DNA from: a virus
Lineage: Duplodnaviria; Caudoviricetes
Reading direction: 5' to 3' (one strand)
Virus record (IMG/VR): IMGVR_UViG_3300012200_000002
Coordinates: 1 to 60,509 of that record
DNA: 60,509 nt
This document shows positions 1 to 8,600 of the stretch, piece after piece; position 1 is the first letter of the stretch; every line of letters begins with the position of its first letter. The translations under genes were made by a program, and so were the position numbers. The notes under the pieces are model-generated. The model had not been told where the DNA came from. It saw only the letters and a program-made list of their open reading frames with translations, and made no database searches.

Positions 1-123
1 CGATCGACAGCTTCACGCCTCACCCCGGGGGTATTCGCGGTACTTGGCCAGCCTGGGTCTGCCCTTGGCCAGGCGCTCCAGGCGCTTGACATGGGCCACC
101 ACGTCGGCGCACGCCTCCGAACA
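1..123. repeat. Terminal direct repeat, copy 1 (circular assembly overlap)
   Basis: Identical to 60387-60509; ORF 13..177 couples seamlessly to ORF 60214..60402 across the join. Confidence 0.97.
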
Positions 124-177
124 GTAGCGGCGCCGGCCAGGTGGGACGGGATTGCCGCAGCGCTTGCAGTCGGTCAC
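13..177 (-). CDS. Small Zn-ribbon protein
   Basis: GTG start beside the upstream stop; CKRC...YCSEAC motif. Confidence 0.6.
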   Translation of the reverse strand: MTDCKRCGNPVPPGRRRYCSEACADVVAHVKRLERLAKGRPRLAKYREYPRGEA

Positions 178-178
178 A

Positions 179-466
179 TCACGCCACGTCGTCCTTGGGC
201 AGGTCGCGTAACGTCCACTCGTACTGGGTCCACTCAACCAGCCTGCCGTCCGTTGGGCGCTGCGCCTGGATGCGGTATAGCCAGGCCGGCGTCTTTTGGC
301 GGGCCTTGGGGTGGTGACGCACTGGTGGCAGACATAGCTCGGCGTCCAGCACCTTCCACCGCCAGCCGCTCTCGTAACCCCGCATGACCACCTGGTCCCC
401 CGGCCGATATCGTGGCGGACGCTTGGGCACCAGGCCTGGCACGTGCGCAATCCTGCGTTTGCTCAT
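179..466 (-). CDS. Hypothetical protein
   Basis: 95 aa; start overlaps the stop of the replication gene. Confidence 0.65.
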   Translation of the reverse strand: MSKRRIAHVPGLVPKRPPRYRPGDQVVMRGYESGWRWKVLDAELCLPPVRHHPKARQKTPAWLYRIQAQRPTDGRLVEWTQYEWTLRDLPKDDVA

Positions 467-1353
467 GACGCCACCTGTTCCTCCCGAGTCACTTGTACTT
501 CTGCAGTGTGCCAGCCAGGGTTGGCGCAGCTCTTGTCCTCCGGCGGCAGTTCGTCCTGGCGTCGATGGCAGCGAATGCAGCGCGGCACCGGCGCTGGCGG
601 GGGCCCGTGCAACACCACCGGCAGCGACTGACCATCAACCACCGCCGCCGCTCGAGTCTTGCAGCTCGGGTGATGCCCCCGCCCGTCGCTCAGGGTCCAC
701 ATGCGACAGCACTCGAGCGCTTCGTCTCTCGTCGCCCGAGGCTTTTCGTCCCCGTCAGGGTCGGGGGGGATCTCGCGCGCCCGCGGGCGCGACGGTTCCA
801 TTGACCGGTTCTCAATGACCGGTTCTACACGGTTAATTACCGTTTGGGTGAAAGGTGTTTCACCCCTGGACGTCGTACCTTTCACCCCTGCGTGCACAAC
901 TTTCACCCCTGATGACGCAACTTTCACCTCTAGGGGTGAAAGGTGTTTCACCCCTGACGCAAGAGGTGAAAGATCTTCACCCATGGACCCATCAAGGGGT
1001 GCAACATTTTCACCCCTTCGATCTTGGATATGCCCATTCCTGCTCGCTCCCTGGGGTGCAACTTTTTCACCTCTACCAGGTCGCGGCGGGCGCGCCGGCA
1101 CAACCACCCGATAGGTCCTCGAGACATGCCCGTGAGCCTCGCGCAGCATGACCACCTCGCCGCTCTCGAACAGCTTCGGCATCAGGTTCTGCACGCTCCG
1201 CCCGGTCATGCGCGCCTTGTGCGCTAATGTGTCCATACTCGGCCAGCACACGCCCTCGTCGTTGGCCTGGTCAGCCAGCGCCAGCACCAGCAGCAGCTCG
1301 GTCCCGCTGAGCTGTGAGTGGTCCCAGATGTAGCTCGTTACGTACAGGCTCAT
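463..1353 (-). CDS. Phage replication initiator with N-terminal winged HTH (HTH_36-like)
   Basis: LLLVLALADQANDEGVCWPSMDTLA motif; GAGGGAG SD; internal iteron array. Confidence 0.85.
   Translation of the reverse strand: MSLYVTSYIWDHSQLSGTELLLVLALADQANDEGVCWPSMDTLAHKARMTGRSVQNLMPKLFESGEVVMLREAHGHVSRTYRVVVPARPPRPGRGEKVAPQGASRNGHIQDRRGENVAPLDGSMGEDLSPLASGVKHLSPLEVKVASSGVKVVHAGVKGTTSRGETPFTQTVINRVEPVIENRSMEPSRPRAREIPPDPDGDEKPRATRDEALECCRMWTLSDGRGHHPSCKTRAAAVVDGQSLPVVLHGPPPAPVPRCIRCHRRQDELPPEDKSCANPGWHTAEVQVTREEQVAS
846..1074. repeat. Iteron array / putative replication origin inside the initiator gene
   Basis: Eight TTCACC cores (859, 881, 902, 923, 947, 976, 1009, 1066), several within palindromes such as GGGTGAAA-GGTG-TTTCACCC; locally AT-richer. 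Confidence 0.85.
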
Positions 1354-1521
1354 ACCTGCAACTCCCTCTTGCAGGTACCGGCGCCTTGCCTGTATTCTGA
1401 GCGAAGCAAGGCGATCCGCCTGCAGCGGTTTTTCCAAGCGCCTCCTGTTGTCCGCAGGGGGCGTTTTCGTTGCCCCGATGAGACGCTGTCGAACGAATGT
1501 ACCAGTCCCACTTGCATTACG

Positions 1522-1707
1522 TCACGTCTCCGGCCGGCTAGCCGGCTCCACGCGCGCGCACGTGGGCCACTTCTCGAGCGCGCGCACCACCGCCAGCCAC
1601 ACCTCGTTGCACATCTCCTCGTCGCCATAACCCCCGCCGATCGCCACCCACAGTCTCTCCTCGATGACCGAGCGCAGCTCACTCTGAAGCGCTGGCGAGA
1701 TCTTCAC
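1522..1707 (-). CDS. Hypothetical protein
   Basis: GTG start overlapping the MTase stop; GGAGG SD. Confidence 0.55.
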   Translation of the reverse strand: MKISPALQSELRSVIEERLWVAIGGGYGDEEMCNEVWLAVVRALEKWPTCARVEPASRPET

Positions 1708-2909
1708 TCCAGGACCTCCCTGGCCACACGCGCGCGCGTGAGCTCCACACACTCGGGATCGATGTCTGAGCCACGGAAGCGCCGCCCCAGGCGCAGCGCA
1801 GCCACCGCGGTGGTGCCGCTGCCCACGAACGGATCCGCGATCAGCGCGCCCGGGAAGCTGTACAGCAGCACACAGCGCCGCGCCAGCTCCTCCGGGAACG
1901 GCGCGCCGTGGCCCACTCGATGGCGGTGCTCGCCGGCGAACTGCCAGGTCGACGACAGCCAGTCGATCCAGTCCAGCTCCTCGATGTCGCTCGGCTCACC
2001 CGGGCGTCCCAGGCTCCACTCGGCGCCGCGGCGCATGACCACCACCAGCTCGACTGGCGCGATCGCGTGCGGCGCGTTGGGCGAGGCCACCGAGCCGCGC
2101 GCCTGGTGGTTGGACACGTTGCCCTCCTTCCACACGTGGCAGCCCTCCCAGCGCCAGCCGGCGCGCCGCAGCATGACCACCCAGTCCACGAACAGCGGCT
2201 CGCGCGAGCCCACTGTGCGATCCAGCGGCACGTTGATGCACAGCCGCCCACGCTCGGCGTCGGCCAGCCCGTACAGCCCACGCGCCCAGCGCCCGACCCG
2301 CCCCAGATAGTCGTCGTAGCTCAGCTCGGCGTTCAGGTCCGAACCTTGCACCCCCAGCCCGTACGGTGGCGAGCAGACAATGAGGTCTGCGCCCACGCTG
2401 TAGAGCGGCAGCGCGCCGGCGTCGGCCACCTCGACCGCGAACGTGGACTGGTCGAGGTCCGGCGCCGCGGCTTGCTCCAGGATCGTGCGCCGCGCGTGCT
2501 CGATGCGCAGCTCACGCCGCGCGTGAATCACCCGCCGCAGCTCGCGTGTGCTGATGGTGGCCAAGTCCACACTCCTGGCCACCTCGAGCTTGTCCTCGAA
2601 TGGCTCGTCGCCGATCGCCAGCTCGCGGAAATTCGAGGTGCTGACTTGACCGGAAAAAGTGTCGACGTCGACACTTTTGAGCTCGCGCTCGAAGTTGGCC
2701 GCCTGCAGATGGGCGAACACCGTGCGCCGGTGCTGTGAGAACTCCTCTTCGACGCAGGCCTCCCAGGTGGCATAGCCCAGCGCCTTCCAGCCGCGCCGGT
2801 CGTGCAGCTCCAGGACGAGCGAGCGCACTTCGCCCAGGTTGCGATTGATCTGTTCGACGAGCGCGCGCGCGCTCGATTGATCCAGCTCGTGCTCGAGGGC
2901 GAGGCTCAT
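1704..2909 (-). CDS. Amino (N4-C/N6-A) DNA methyltransferase, beta class, with extra N-terminal helical domain
   Basis: SPPY catalytic motif precedes DPFVGSGTT SAM-binding motif; HGAPFPEEL motif. Confidence 0.9.
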   Translation of the reverse strand: MSLALEHELDQSSARALVEQINRNLGEVRSLVLELHDRRGWKALGYATWEACVEEEFSQHRRTVFAHLQAANFERELKSVDVDTFSGQVSTSNFRELAIGDEPFEDKLEVARSVDLATISTRELRRVIHARRELRIEHARRTILEQAAAPDLDQSTFAVEVADAGALPLYSVGADLIVCSPPYGLGVQGSDLNAELSYDDYLGRVGRWARGLYGLADAERGRLCINVPLDRTVGSREPLFVDWVVMLRRAGWRWEGCHVWKEGNVSNHQARGSVASPNAPHAIAPVELVVVMRRGAEWSLGRPGEPSDIEELDWIDWLSSTWQFAGEHRHRVGHGAPFPEELARRCVLLYSFPGALIADPFVGSGTTAVAALRLGRRFRGSDIDPECVELTRARVAREVLE

Positions 2910-2910
2910 G

Positions 2911-3330
2911 TCAAAAGATGTCTCCTGGTGGGCCATAGCTAGGCGCCGGCCCGTGGTGGTGCCAGCGCGGCACGCCGCTGCCGTGGCCCGAGTTGCACCA
3001 CAGCAACGGGAACACCGACGCCGACGGTGGCTCAGGTTCAGCTTCAGGCGGCGGCGGCTCGAGCGACCGCGGCGCCAGCGCGCGCACGATCTCGAGCTCT
3101 CTGGGCAGCAGCGGCATCAACAGCGTCGCCCCCTGCAGCAGCTCGTCGACGCTCAGCTCGAGCGCAAGGGCGAGCGCCCCCAGACGCGACGCCGGCACCG
3201 CACGGCGGTCCGCCGCCCACAGGCTGATCACCGCCGAATCCAGGCCCACGCGCCGCGACAGCTCGCTCTGATTGATCTCCAGGACCCTCAGCCGCTCGCG
3301 TATGCGCTCACCACAAAACGCCGCGCTCAT
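2911..3330 (-). CDS. XRE-family HTH regulator
   Basis: INQSELSRRVGLDSAVISLW...ALELSVDELL. Confidence 0.8.
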   Translation of the reverse strand: MSAAFCGERIRERLRVLEINQSELSRRVGLDSAVISLWAADRRAVPASRLGALALALELSVDELLQGATLLMPLLPRELEIVRALAPRSLEPPPPEAEPEPPSASVFPLLWCNSGHGSGVPRWHHHGPAPSYGPPGDIF

Positions 3331-3356
3331 GTCCAAGTGAGACCCCCCTGGCGGCT

Positions 3357-4766
3357 CTACAAGCGCGGCTGCAGCGCCGTCCCCTGGCGCCCGCGGCCGC
3401 TAGCCAGTGCTTCCTTGACCGCCGCGATGCGCTGCTCCAGGATGTTGCGCCGATCGATCAGCACCTGCCTGGCGCAGCCCGTTTCGGCCTGGCAGTCGCG
3501 ATAGTCGATGTCCAGCCGCGCGGCCTCTTCGAGCGTGTGCGCCAGCGCCTGGTACGCCTCGTCGCGCACGCTCAGCACCATCGGGATCGGCTCGTTCTCC
3601 ACCGCGTCGATGGCCGCGTCCGTCTCGAGCTCGGCCTGCAGCTCTTCCGGGTTGATATCTGGATCGGTGCTCACCGGGTACTCCACCGCCGCGGCGTGGG
3701 CGATGGTCGCCTGATTGCGCTGCGCCGTGGCGTGCACGTCGTACACCGCGCGCAGCGCCTTGCCGCGCTTTTCCAGCAGATCGCGGGTGGCCCCCTGCGG
3801 CAGCAGCCAGCCCGAGACCTGCCCCTCCGGCACCGCCCCCGAGTGGCGCGCCAGACTGAGCAGCTTGCCGTACTCCTCCAACAGATTACCCATGGTGCGC
3901 TCACGCGCCGCGGGCTTCGGCTGGGCCTCGCGCAGCACCTCGCCGGTGGTCGTATCGACCAGGTCGCCGCCGGCGTTGAGCGCCGGCCTGGGGCGGTCCT
4001 GCACCTCGCGCACGTCGGTCGGCACGTAGCCCTGCGGCAGCTCGTACGCCGAACGCGACTCCTGATCACCGAAGATGCGGCTGTACGTCGCGGCGTGGCC
4101 TGGTGCGGCCAGACGTTGCTGCTCAGCGCGCGCCTCGAGCAGCTCCGGGCTGGTCTCGGCCGGCACCGCGCGCTTGAGCGACATCATCTCGGCCGTCTTG
4201 GCCAGCATGTGCGCCGGCTTGGTGTCCCAGAACGACGTCGGCACCCTTTTGCCGGTCTTGTGCCCATCTTTCCACTCGTCCGTGGTCTGCACCCACTCGT
4301 CGTACAGCGCCACGCTCCACAGCGGCAGATTCGAGCCGCGCCGCAGGACGCCGCAGCGAGCTGCCCGCGGCGGCTCACGACGCAGCCACACGTCGACCCA
4401 CACGCCGTCGTCGCCGCACCACTGCGGCCCGACCTGCCCGAGGTAGTCGCCCGAGCGCGCCGCATCCAGACGCTGCCCGTCGATCGTCTTCTGCGGCGTG
4501 ATCACTTCGCGCCCGGCGTTGGAATCCCAGCGCAGAATGAAGCTGATCTGCGGCGGCCTGGCGAACATGTCGTAGTGGCCGTTCTGACAGTAGGCGGCCA
4601 TGAACTCGAGCTCGGCATCCGTCGGCTGCCGCTTCCAGCCGCGCGAGACCTGCTCCTTGATCAACATCAGCTTCTCTTCGCCGAACGTGCGCGCAGCTAG
4701 CGGCACGTCGCGTGGATCGACGATGTCGATCTGGACAGGGGGCGGGGCAGGACGCGTGGACGACAT
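3357..4766 (-). CDS. bet: Bet/RecT-like ssDNA annealing recombinase
   Basis: TIDGQRLDAARSGDYLGQ...W...PAHMLAKTAE..SLKRA motifs; GAGGAG SD. Confidence 0.85.
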   Translation of the reverse strand: MSSTRPAPPPVQIDIVDPRDVPLAARTFGEEKLMLIKEQVSRGWKRQPTDAELEFMAAYCQNGHYDMFARPPQISFILRWDSNAGREVITPQKTIDGQRLDAARSGDYLGQVGPQWCGDDGVWVDVWLRREPPRAARCGVLRRGSNLPLWSVALYDEWVQTTDEWKDGHKTGKRVPTSFWDTKPAHMLAKTAEMMSLKRAVPAETSPELLEARAEQQRLAAPGHAATYSRIFGDQESRSAYELPQGYVPTDVREVQDRPRPALNAGGDLVDTTTGEVLREAQPKPAARERTMGNLLEEYGKLLSLARHSGAVPEGQVSGWLLPQGATRDLLEKRGKALRAVYDVHATAQRNQATIAHAAAVEYPVSTDPDINPEELQAELETDAAIDAVENEPIPMVLSVRDEAYQALAHTLEEAARLDIDYRDCQAETGCARQVLIDRRNILEQRIAAVKEALASGRGRQGTALQPRL

Positions 4767-4790
4767 GTAGGGGGCTCCTCCTCAGCGGCT

Positions 4791-5027
4791 TCAGGCCGCG
4801 CGGCGCTTGCGCAGCGGCGTGCGCGGCGGGGCGCTGGGCAGGATCCGATCGAGGGGCACCTCGAGGATCGCCGCGGCGCGCTCGTACCAGTGCTCGGGTG
4901 GCGCCTGGCGGCCGCCCTCGATGCGCGAGAAGGTCCAGGGACCCACACCCAGCCGCTGCGCCAGCCAGTCGCGGCGCAGCCGCTGGCGGGTCAGCTCACG
5001 ACACAGGGGTGAATCGACTCGGCGCAT
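4791..5027 (-). CDS. Cro-like HTH protein
   Basis: LAQRLGVGPWTFSRIEGG HTH; divergent from the repressor-like gene. Confidence 0.75.
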   Translation of the reverse strand: MRRVDSPLCRELTRQRLRRDWLAQRLGVGPWTFSRIEGGRQAPPEHWYERAAAILEVPLDRILPSAPPRTPLRKRRAA

Positions 5028-5222
5028 GCGACCGTGCAAGTGTACTTGCGCAGCCACTTGCGCGCAAGCTAGAGTTGCGCCCTCAGGAGCCCCACATGTG
5101 CCGGCCTTTACCCTGCCGCAAGCGAATGTTTGTTCAATCTACATGCAAGCTTGACTTGCGTAGAACGCAAGCCCCGACTAGCCTTGGCGTGAGCGATGCA
5201 CGTCAGAAAGTGAGGGCGTCAT
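5028..5222. promoter_or_regulatory. Divergent switch region with GCAAG-N5-CTTGC operators
   Basis: Palindromes at 5036-5049 (N4), 5064-5078 and 5145-5159; also CTTGCGT-AGA-ACGCAAG at 5155-5171. Confidence 0.75.
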
Positions 5223-5729
5223 TTGGATCGAATAGGTGAGGCAAGGTTCGGCGAATTCTTTGACCAACTCCTGTCGCACCACCACATGACGGGCGCCGAG
5301 GCTGCGCGCAAGCTGCGTGTCGCGCAGTCGCAGGTCTCGCGCTGGCGGCGTGGCGAAGGCGGTCTGTCCGAGGCCTCGATGCGCCGCATCAGCGAGGTCT
5401 TCGGCACCGACATTGACTACCTCAAAGAGATCACCGGGACCACCTACGCGGGCCCCAGCGTGTACCGCGCCGACTCGATCGACCCGTACATCAACGTCCG
5501 TCTGGACGCCATCCGCTCGCGCATGCGCGAGCTGCTCGAGGGCATCCCACCCAATCTGTGGGTGACCTACCTCGAAGCCACCGGCAGCATGCTCGAATTC
5601 CTGGCCAAGGCCTACGTGCCGCCTGAGCCGCCTGCACCCGTCCCCACCCCCGAGTCGCCGCCGGCCTCGCCAGCCCCCAGAGCACGCCGCGGCGGACGCC
5701 GGCGAACGCAGATCACAAGCATGGCCTAG
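5223..5729 (+). CDS. CI-like XRE repressor (start uncertain)
   Basis: MTGAEAARKLRVAQSQVSRWRRG HTH; no S24 peptidase domain recognised. Confidence 0.8.
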   Translation: MDRIGEARFGEFFDQLLSHHHMTGAEAARKLRVAQSQVSRWRRGEGGLSEASMRRISEVFGTDIDYLKEITGTTYAGPSVYRADSIDPYINVRLDAIRSRMRELLEGIPPNLWVTYLEATGSMLEFLAKAYVPPEPPAPVPTPESPPASPAPRARRGGRRRTQITSMA

Positions 5730-5879
5730 AGCACCACCTGAGCCTTGACGCGCACGTACGACTTGCGCTGCAATCAGCCCCCATGAGCGTCAGTCGGAAG
5801 CGAGCTCGTGGGGCACGTGCGAGCGCTTGGGGAGAAGCCCTGTACGCCCGAATCCTTGGCGAAGGGGACAAAGGGACCA

Positions 5880-6440
5880 ATGGTCACTCTTTTGGCAGCA
5901 GTCGAGCTGTTCCTCGCCGATCTGGCGAGCTCAGGCTTGCGCGCGGCGGCCCTGGCGACCGTCGACGGCTCACTGCGCCTGTACCTGGACTACCTGAACT
6001 CAATCGACTACCTGGACGCGGACGTCAGCGTCCTGTCTGCCGAGAGCGCGCTGGCCGCCATCGCCTGGGCCTTCAGGCGCGTGCCAGTACGACTGCGGCC
6101 CGAGCAGCGTGGCCTGGCGCGCCTCGAGTGCGCCGACATGTGGCGTGCGCTGTGCGCCTTCGGGAGCTGGCTCGAGCGGGTTGGCGTGCTGCCAGCCAAC
6201 CCGCTCGGACGGCTGCCGTCGCCTGAGCGCCGCCCGTCGTTGCTCGGCGATCGCGTGCCGGTCGACGACGACCTGGTGCTGGCCGGCGCTCACGACTGGT
6301 CGAGCGTCGTCCAGGTCAAGACCCACGTGCACCGCGGCCCACCGCAATTCCCCACGCCCGAGGCGCGCCAGGCCATGAGCCGCTGGGTCGAGGCGTTCTG
6401 GGCCGAACACCCGCGCCCGCCCTGCGATCGCACCCTCTAG
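5880..6440 (+). CDS. Integrase N-terminal SAM-like/core-binding domain protein lacking a catalytic domain
   Basis: AVELFLADL...LRLYLDYL...ALCAFGSWLERVGVLPANPL pattern; no R-H-x-x-R-H-Y catalytic set. Confidence 0.65.
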   Translation: MVTLLAAVELFLADLASSGLRAAALATVDGSLRLYLDYLNSIDYLDADVSVLSAESALAAIAWAFRRVPVRLRPEQRGLARLECADMWRALCAFGSWLERVGVLPANPLGRLPSPERRPSLLGDRVPVDDDLVLAGAHDWSSVVQVKTHVHRGPPQFPTPEARQAMSRWVEAFWAEHPRPPCDRTL

Positions 6441-6544
6441 ATCGTGGCGTGCGGCTGCGGGAAGGATCCCCACGTAAGGAGCTCTCTGACCTAGCTGAGC
6501 AACCCGCGTAAGGAGATGAGGGCAGGCGCCTGCCCTCATACTTC

Positions 6545-6958
6545 TCAGAACGGCAGCTCCTCGAGCTCGAGCCCGTCGTCGGGTGCCGGCGGCGGCAGTT
6601 CTCGCGGTCCCCCGCGCGCGGCGACCATCGCCTCGAGCAGCGCCGTCGGTGAAGCAGCCGCCTGATCGCGCGGGCACTGCGTATGGCGCTCGCCGCGCAG
6701 ATGATCGGGCAGCACCTCGCCGCAGCGGCTGCAGCGTCGCTCGGGCGGCTCCACGTGGCTGCGCACGGCGAACGAGCGCGACTGCTGGAGCTGCGCCTCG
6801 ACGAACGTGCGCGCCTGGGCCATCAGCGCCACCGCGGCGTCGTCCTCGTCGTCGCCCAGATCGAGCTCGGCCTCGAGCACCGCCGAGGCCAGCTCTGAGC
6901 CGTAGGCGCCGTCGGTCAGCCGCTTTTCGAAGCCCAGCGTGATGTGCCTCAGCTTCAT
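6545..6958 (-). CDS. Hypothetical protein with acidic LPF tail (paralogue of 56594..56890)
   Basis: ATGA coupling to upstream gene; ends ELEELPF. Confidence 0.75.
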   Translation of the reverse strand: MKLRHITLGFEKRLTDGAYGSELASAVLEAELDLGDDEDDAAVALMAQARTFVEAQLQQSRSFAVRSHVEPPERRCSRCGEVLPDHLRGERHTQCPRDQAAASPTALLEAMVAARGGPRELPPPAPDDGLELEELPF

Positions 6959-7176
6959 GCGCGCCTCTTGCCGTTGCGCGCCGGCGTGTGCTGGGCATGC
7001 TGGTAGGCGCCCCACATGCGCTCGATCAGCTCGCCCAGGGTGACATCGGCGACGTGCGCCTCGCGCAGCATCTCCTGGTGGGTCCCGGCGCTCAGCCCGC
7101 GCGGCGCGCCGACTTTGAGCTGCAGCGAGGCGCGCTGGAAGGGAGCGCGCAGAGTCGTGGTGGTCGTGTCATTCAT
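6955..7176 (-). CDS. Small possible ribbon-helix-helix regulator, leaderless
   Basis: TTGTCA-18-TATCAT-6nt-ATG on the - strand; beta-helix-helix pattern (weak). Confidence 0.6.
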   Translation of the reverse strand: MNDTTTTTLRAPFQRASLQLKVGAPRGLSAGTHQEMLREAHVADVTLGELIERMWGAYQHAQHTPARNGKRRA

Positions 7177-7215
7177 GTCGACATGATAGTGCTTGCCATG
7201 CCTATCTGACAATAA

Positions 7216-7266
7216 TTGGCTGCAATGCAGTCAATGTGTATAATGACAGCGTATGAACCGCACCGA
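7216..7266 (+). promoter_or_regulatory. Leaderless promoter + 5' tag, copy 1
   Basis: TTGGCT-17-TATAAT-8nt-ATGAACCGCACCGA. Confidence 0.85.
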
Positions 7267-8257
7267 TCTCCCCCGCCGACGCATGGTCTACCTGTCGGGC
7301 GCCGTCCGCCCCGAGATCCTCGGCTTCGCCACCAACCGCTACGACCTGGGCGTGCTGCTGACCCCCAACATGGGCAACCGCCCCAAACTGCAGGGTGTGC
7401 TGTGGGCCGCCGACAACGGGCTGTTCGCGGGCCCGGACAAGCCAGTCCGCCCGTTCGGCGAGTGCGAGTTCGCGCGCTTCAAGACGCTCCTCGAGCGCGC
7501 CGGCTGGGACCTCGACGGCTGCCTGTTCGCGGTCGTCCCTGACGCGCCGTTCAACGCCCAGGGCACGCTCGAGCGCTGGGCTGAGTGGTACCCACGCTTC
7601 CGTGCTGAGCTGCCCGCCGGCGTCCCGCTGGCCTTCGTCGCCGCCGACGGCATGACCGTCGACGACGTGCCCTGGGACGAGCTCGACGTGCTGTTCCTGG
7701 GCGGCTCGGACGCCTTCAAAGAGGGCGCCGCGATCGAGCTGTGCGCCGAGGCGCGCCGCCGCGGCAAGTGGGTCCACATGGGGCGAGTAAATTCGCGACG
7801 GCGCATGGCCATCGCCTGGCGCTTCCGCTGCGACTCGGCCGACGGCACCTTCATCGCCTTTGGCCCCAACCAGAATCTGCCCAAAGTCAACGCCTGGCTC
7901 GGCGAGCTCAACGGTCAGCCGGTCACCAGGTTCGTGCGCGGCAACCTGGCCTGGACACGCGTGCCTGGGCGCGGCTGCCGCCTGGACGTCGTGGCCGCGC
8001 ACACCGTCTTCGGCGCATTCGTGGGCGGCTGGTACGCCTGCCCGCAGACACCCGGCAACCGCTTCAGCAATCGCGGCGAGCGGCGCTGCATCCACTGCGC
8101 GGCCGCGCTGGCCAGCTCGCTCAATGTCGACGGTGAGGGCGCCTGGATGATCCTGCCGTGCCCGTGCGAGCTGTGCTACGAGACCGCCTTCGGCGCCCCC
8201 GCGGCCGCGCCGCACAGGATCCTCGAACTGCCGGCCAGGCTGCCGGCAGCCGCCTGA
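7253..8257 (+). CDS. TGT/DpdA-like TIM-barrel protein with Cys-rich C-terminal extension (MNRT start)
   Basis: WAADNG, FAVVPD, LFLGGS, VHMGRVN and DSADGT motifs resemble phage tRNA-guanine transglycosylase-like proteins. Confidence 0.6.
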   Translation: MNRTDLPRRRMVYLSGAVRPEILGFATNRYDLGVLLTPNMGNRPKLQGVLWAADNGLFAGPDKPVRPFGECEFARFKTLLERAGWDLDGCLFAVVPDAPFNAQGTLERWAEWYPRFRAELPAGVPLAFVAADGMTVDDVPWDELDVLFLGGSDAFKEGAAIELCAEARRRGKWVHMGRVNSRRRMAIAWRFRCDSADGTFIAFGPNQNLPKVNAWLGELNGQPVTRFVRGNLAWTRVPGRGCRLDVVAAHTVFGAFVGGWYACPQTPGNRFSNRGERRCIHCAAALASSLNVDGEGAWMILPCPCELCYETAFGAPAAAPHRILELPARLPAAA

Positions 8258-8262
8258 TATTC

Positions 8263-8310
8263 TTGCAGTCATTGTGGACAGGAAGTATATTGTACTCATG
8301 AACCGCACTG
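8263..8310 (+). promoter_or_regulatory. Leaderless promoter + 5' tag, copy 2
   Basis: TTGCAG-17-TATATT-6nt-ATGAACCGCACTG. Confidence 0.85.
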
Positions 8311-8600
8311 CCTCCCCCGAGCTCGTCGCGCAGCTCGTCGCGGCCCTCGAAGCCGCCGACCTTTACCTGAACTCCTTCGACACCAGTGCCCCGTCGCGCA
8401 TCAAGGCCGAGACCCGCGGCGCTGTCGAGAGCGCCATCGGCGCCTACGTCGCCGCCAGCAAGCCGGCCGTCGACGCCGCGGCCGAGGCCATCAAGGCCGC
8501 CACCCTCGCGGCGTTCGCCGAGCTACCCTCGCCCGCCCACGCCGGGCTCGCCGCCGAGCGCGCCTACCTCGCCGAGACCGCGGCCAGGAACGCCCGATGA
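8298..8600 (+). CDS. Hypothetical protein (MNRT start)
   Basis: ORF begins at the tag ATG. Confidence 0.8.
   Translation: MNRTASPELVAQLVAALEAADLYLNSFDTSAPSRIKAETRGAVESAIGAYVAASKPAVDAAAEAIKAATLAAFAELPSPAHAGLAAERAYLAETAARNAR

Noticed and set aside
1-123. 123-bp terminal repeat as a biological DTR
   Set aside because: It cuts through a gene and is most simply an assembler overlap; real termini need read data.
846-1074. Repeat array as CRISPR or guide array
   Set aside because: Irregular short spacing, located inside a coding gene, and no cas-like genes; it fits iterons.
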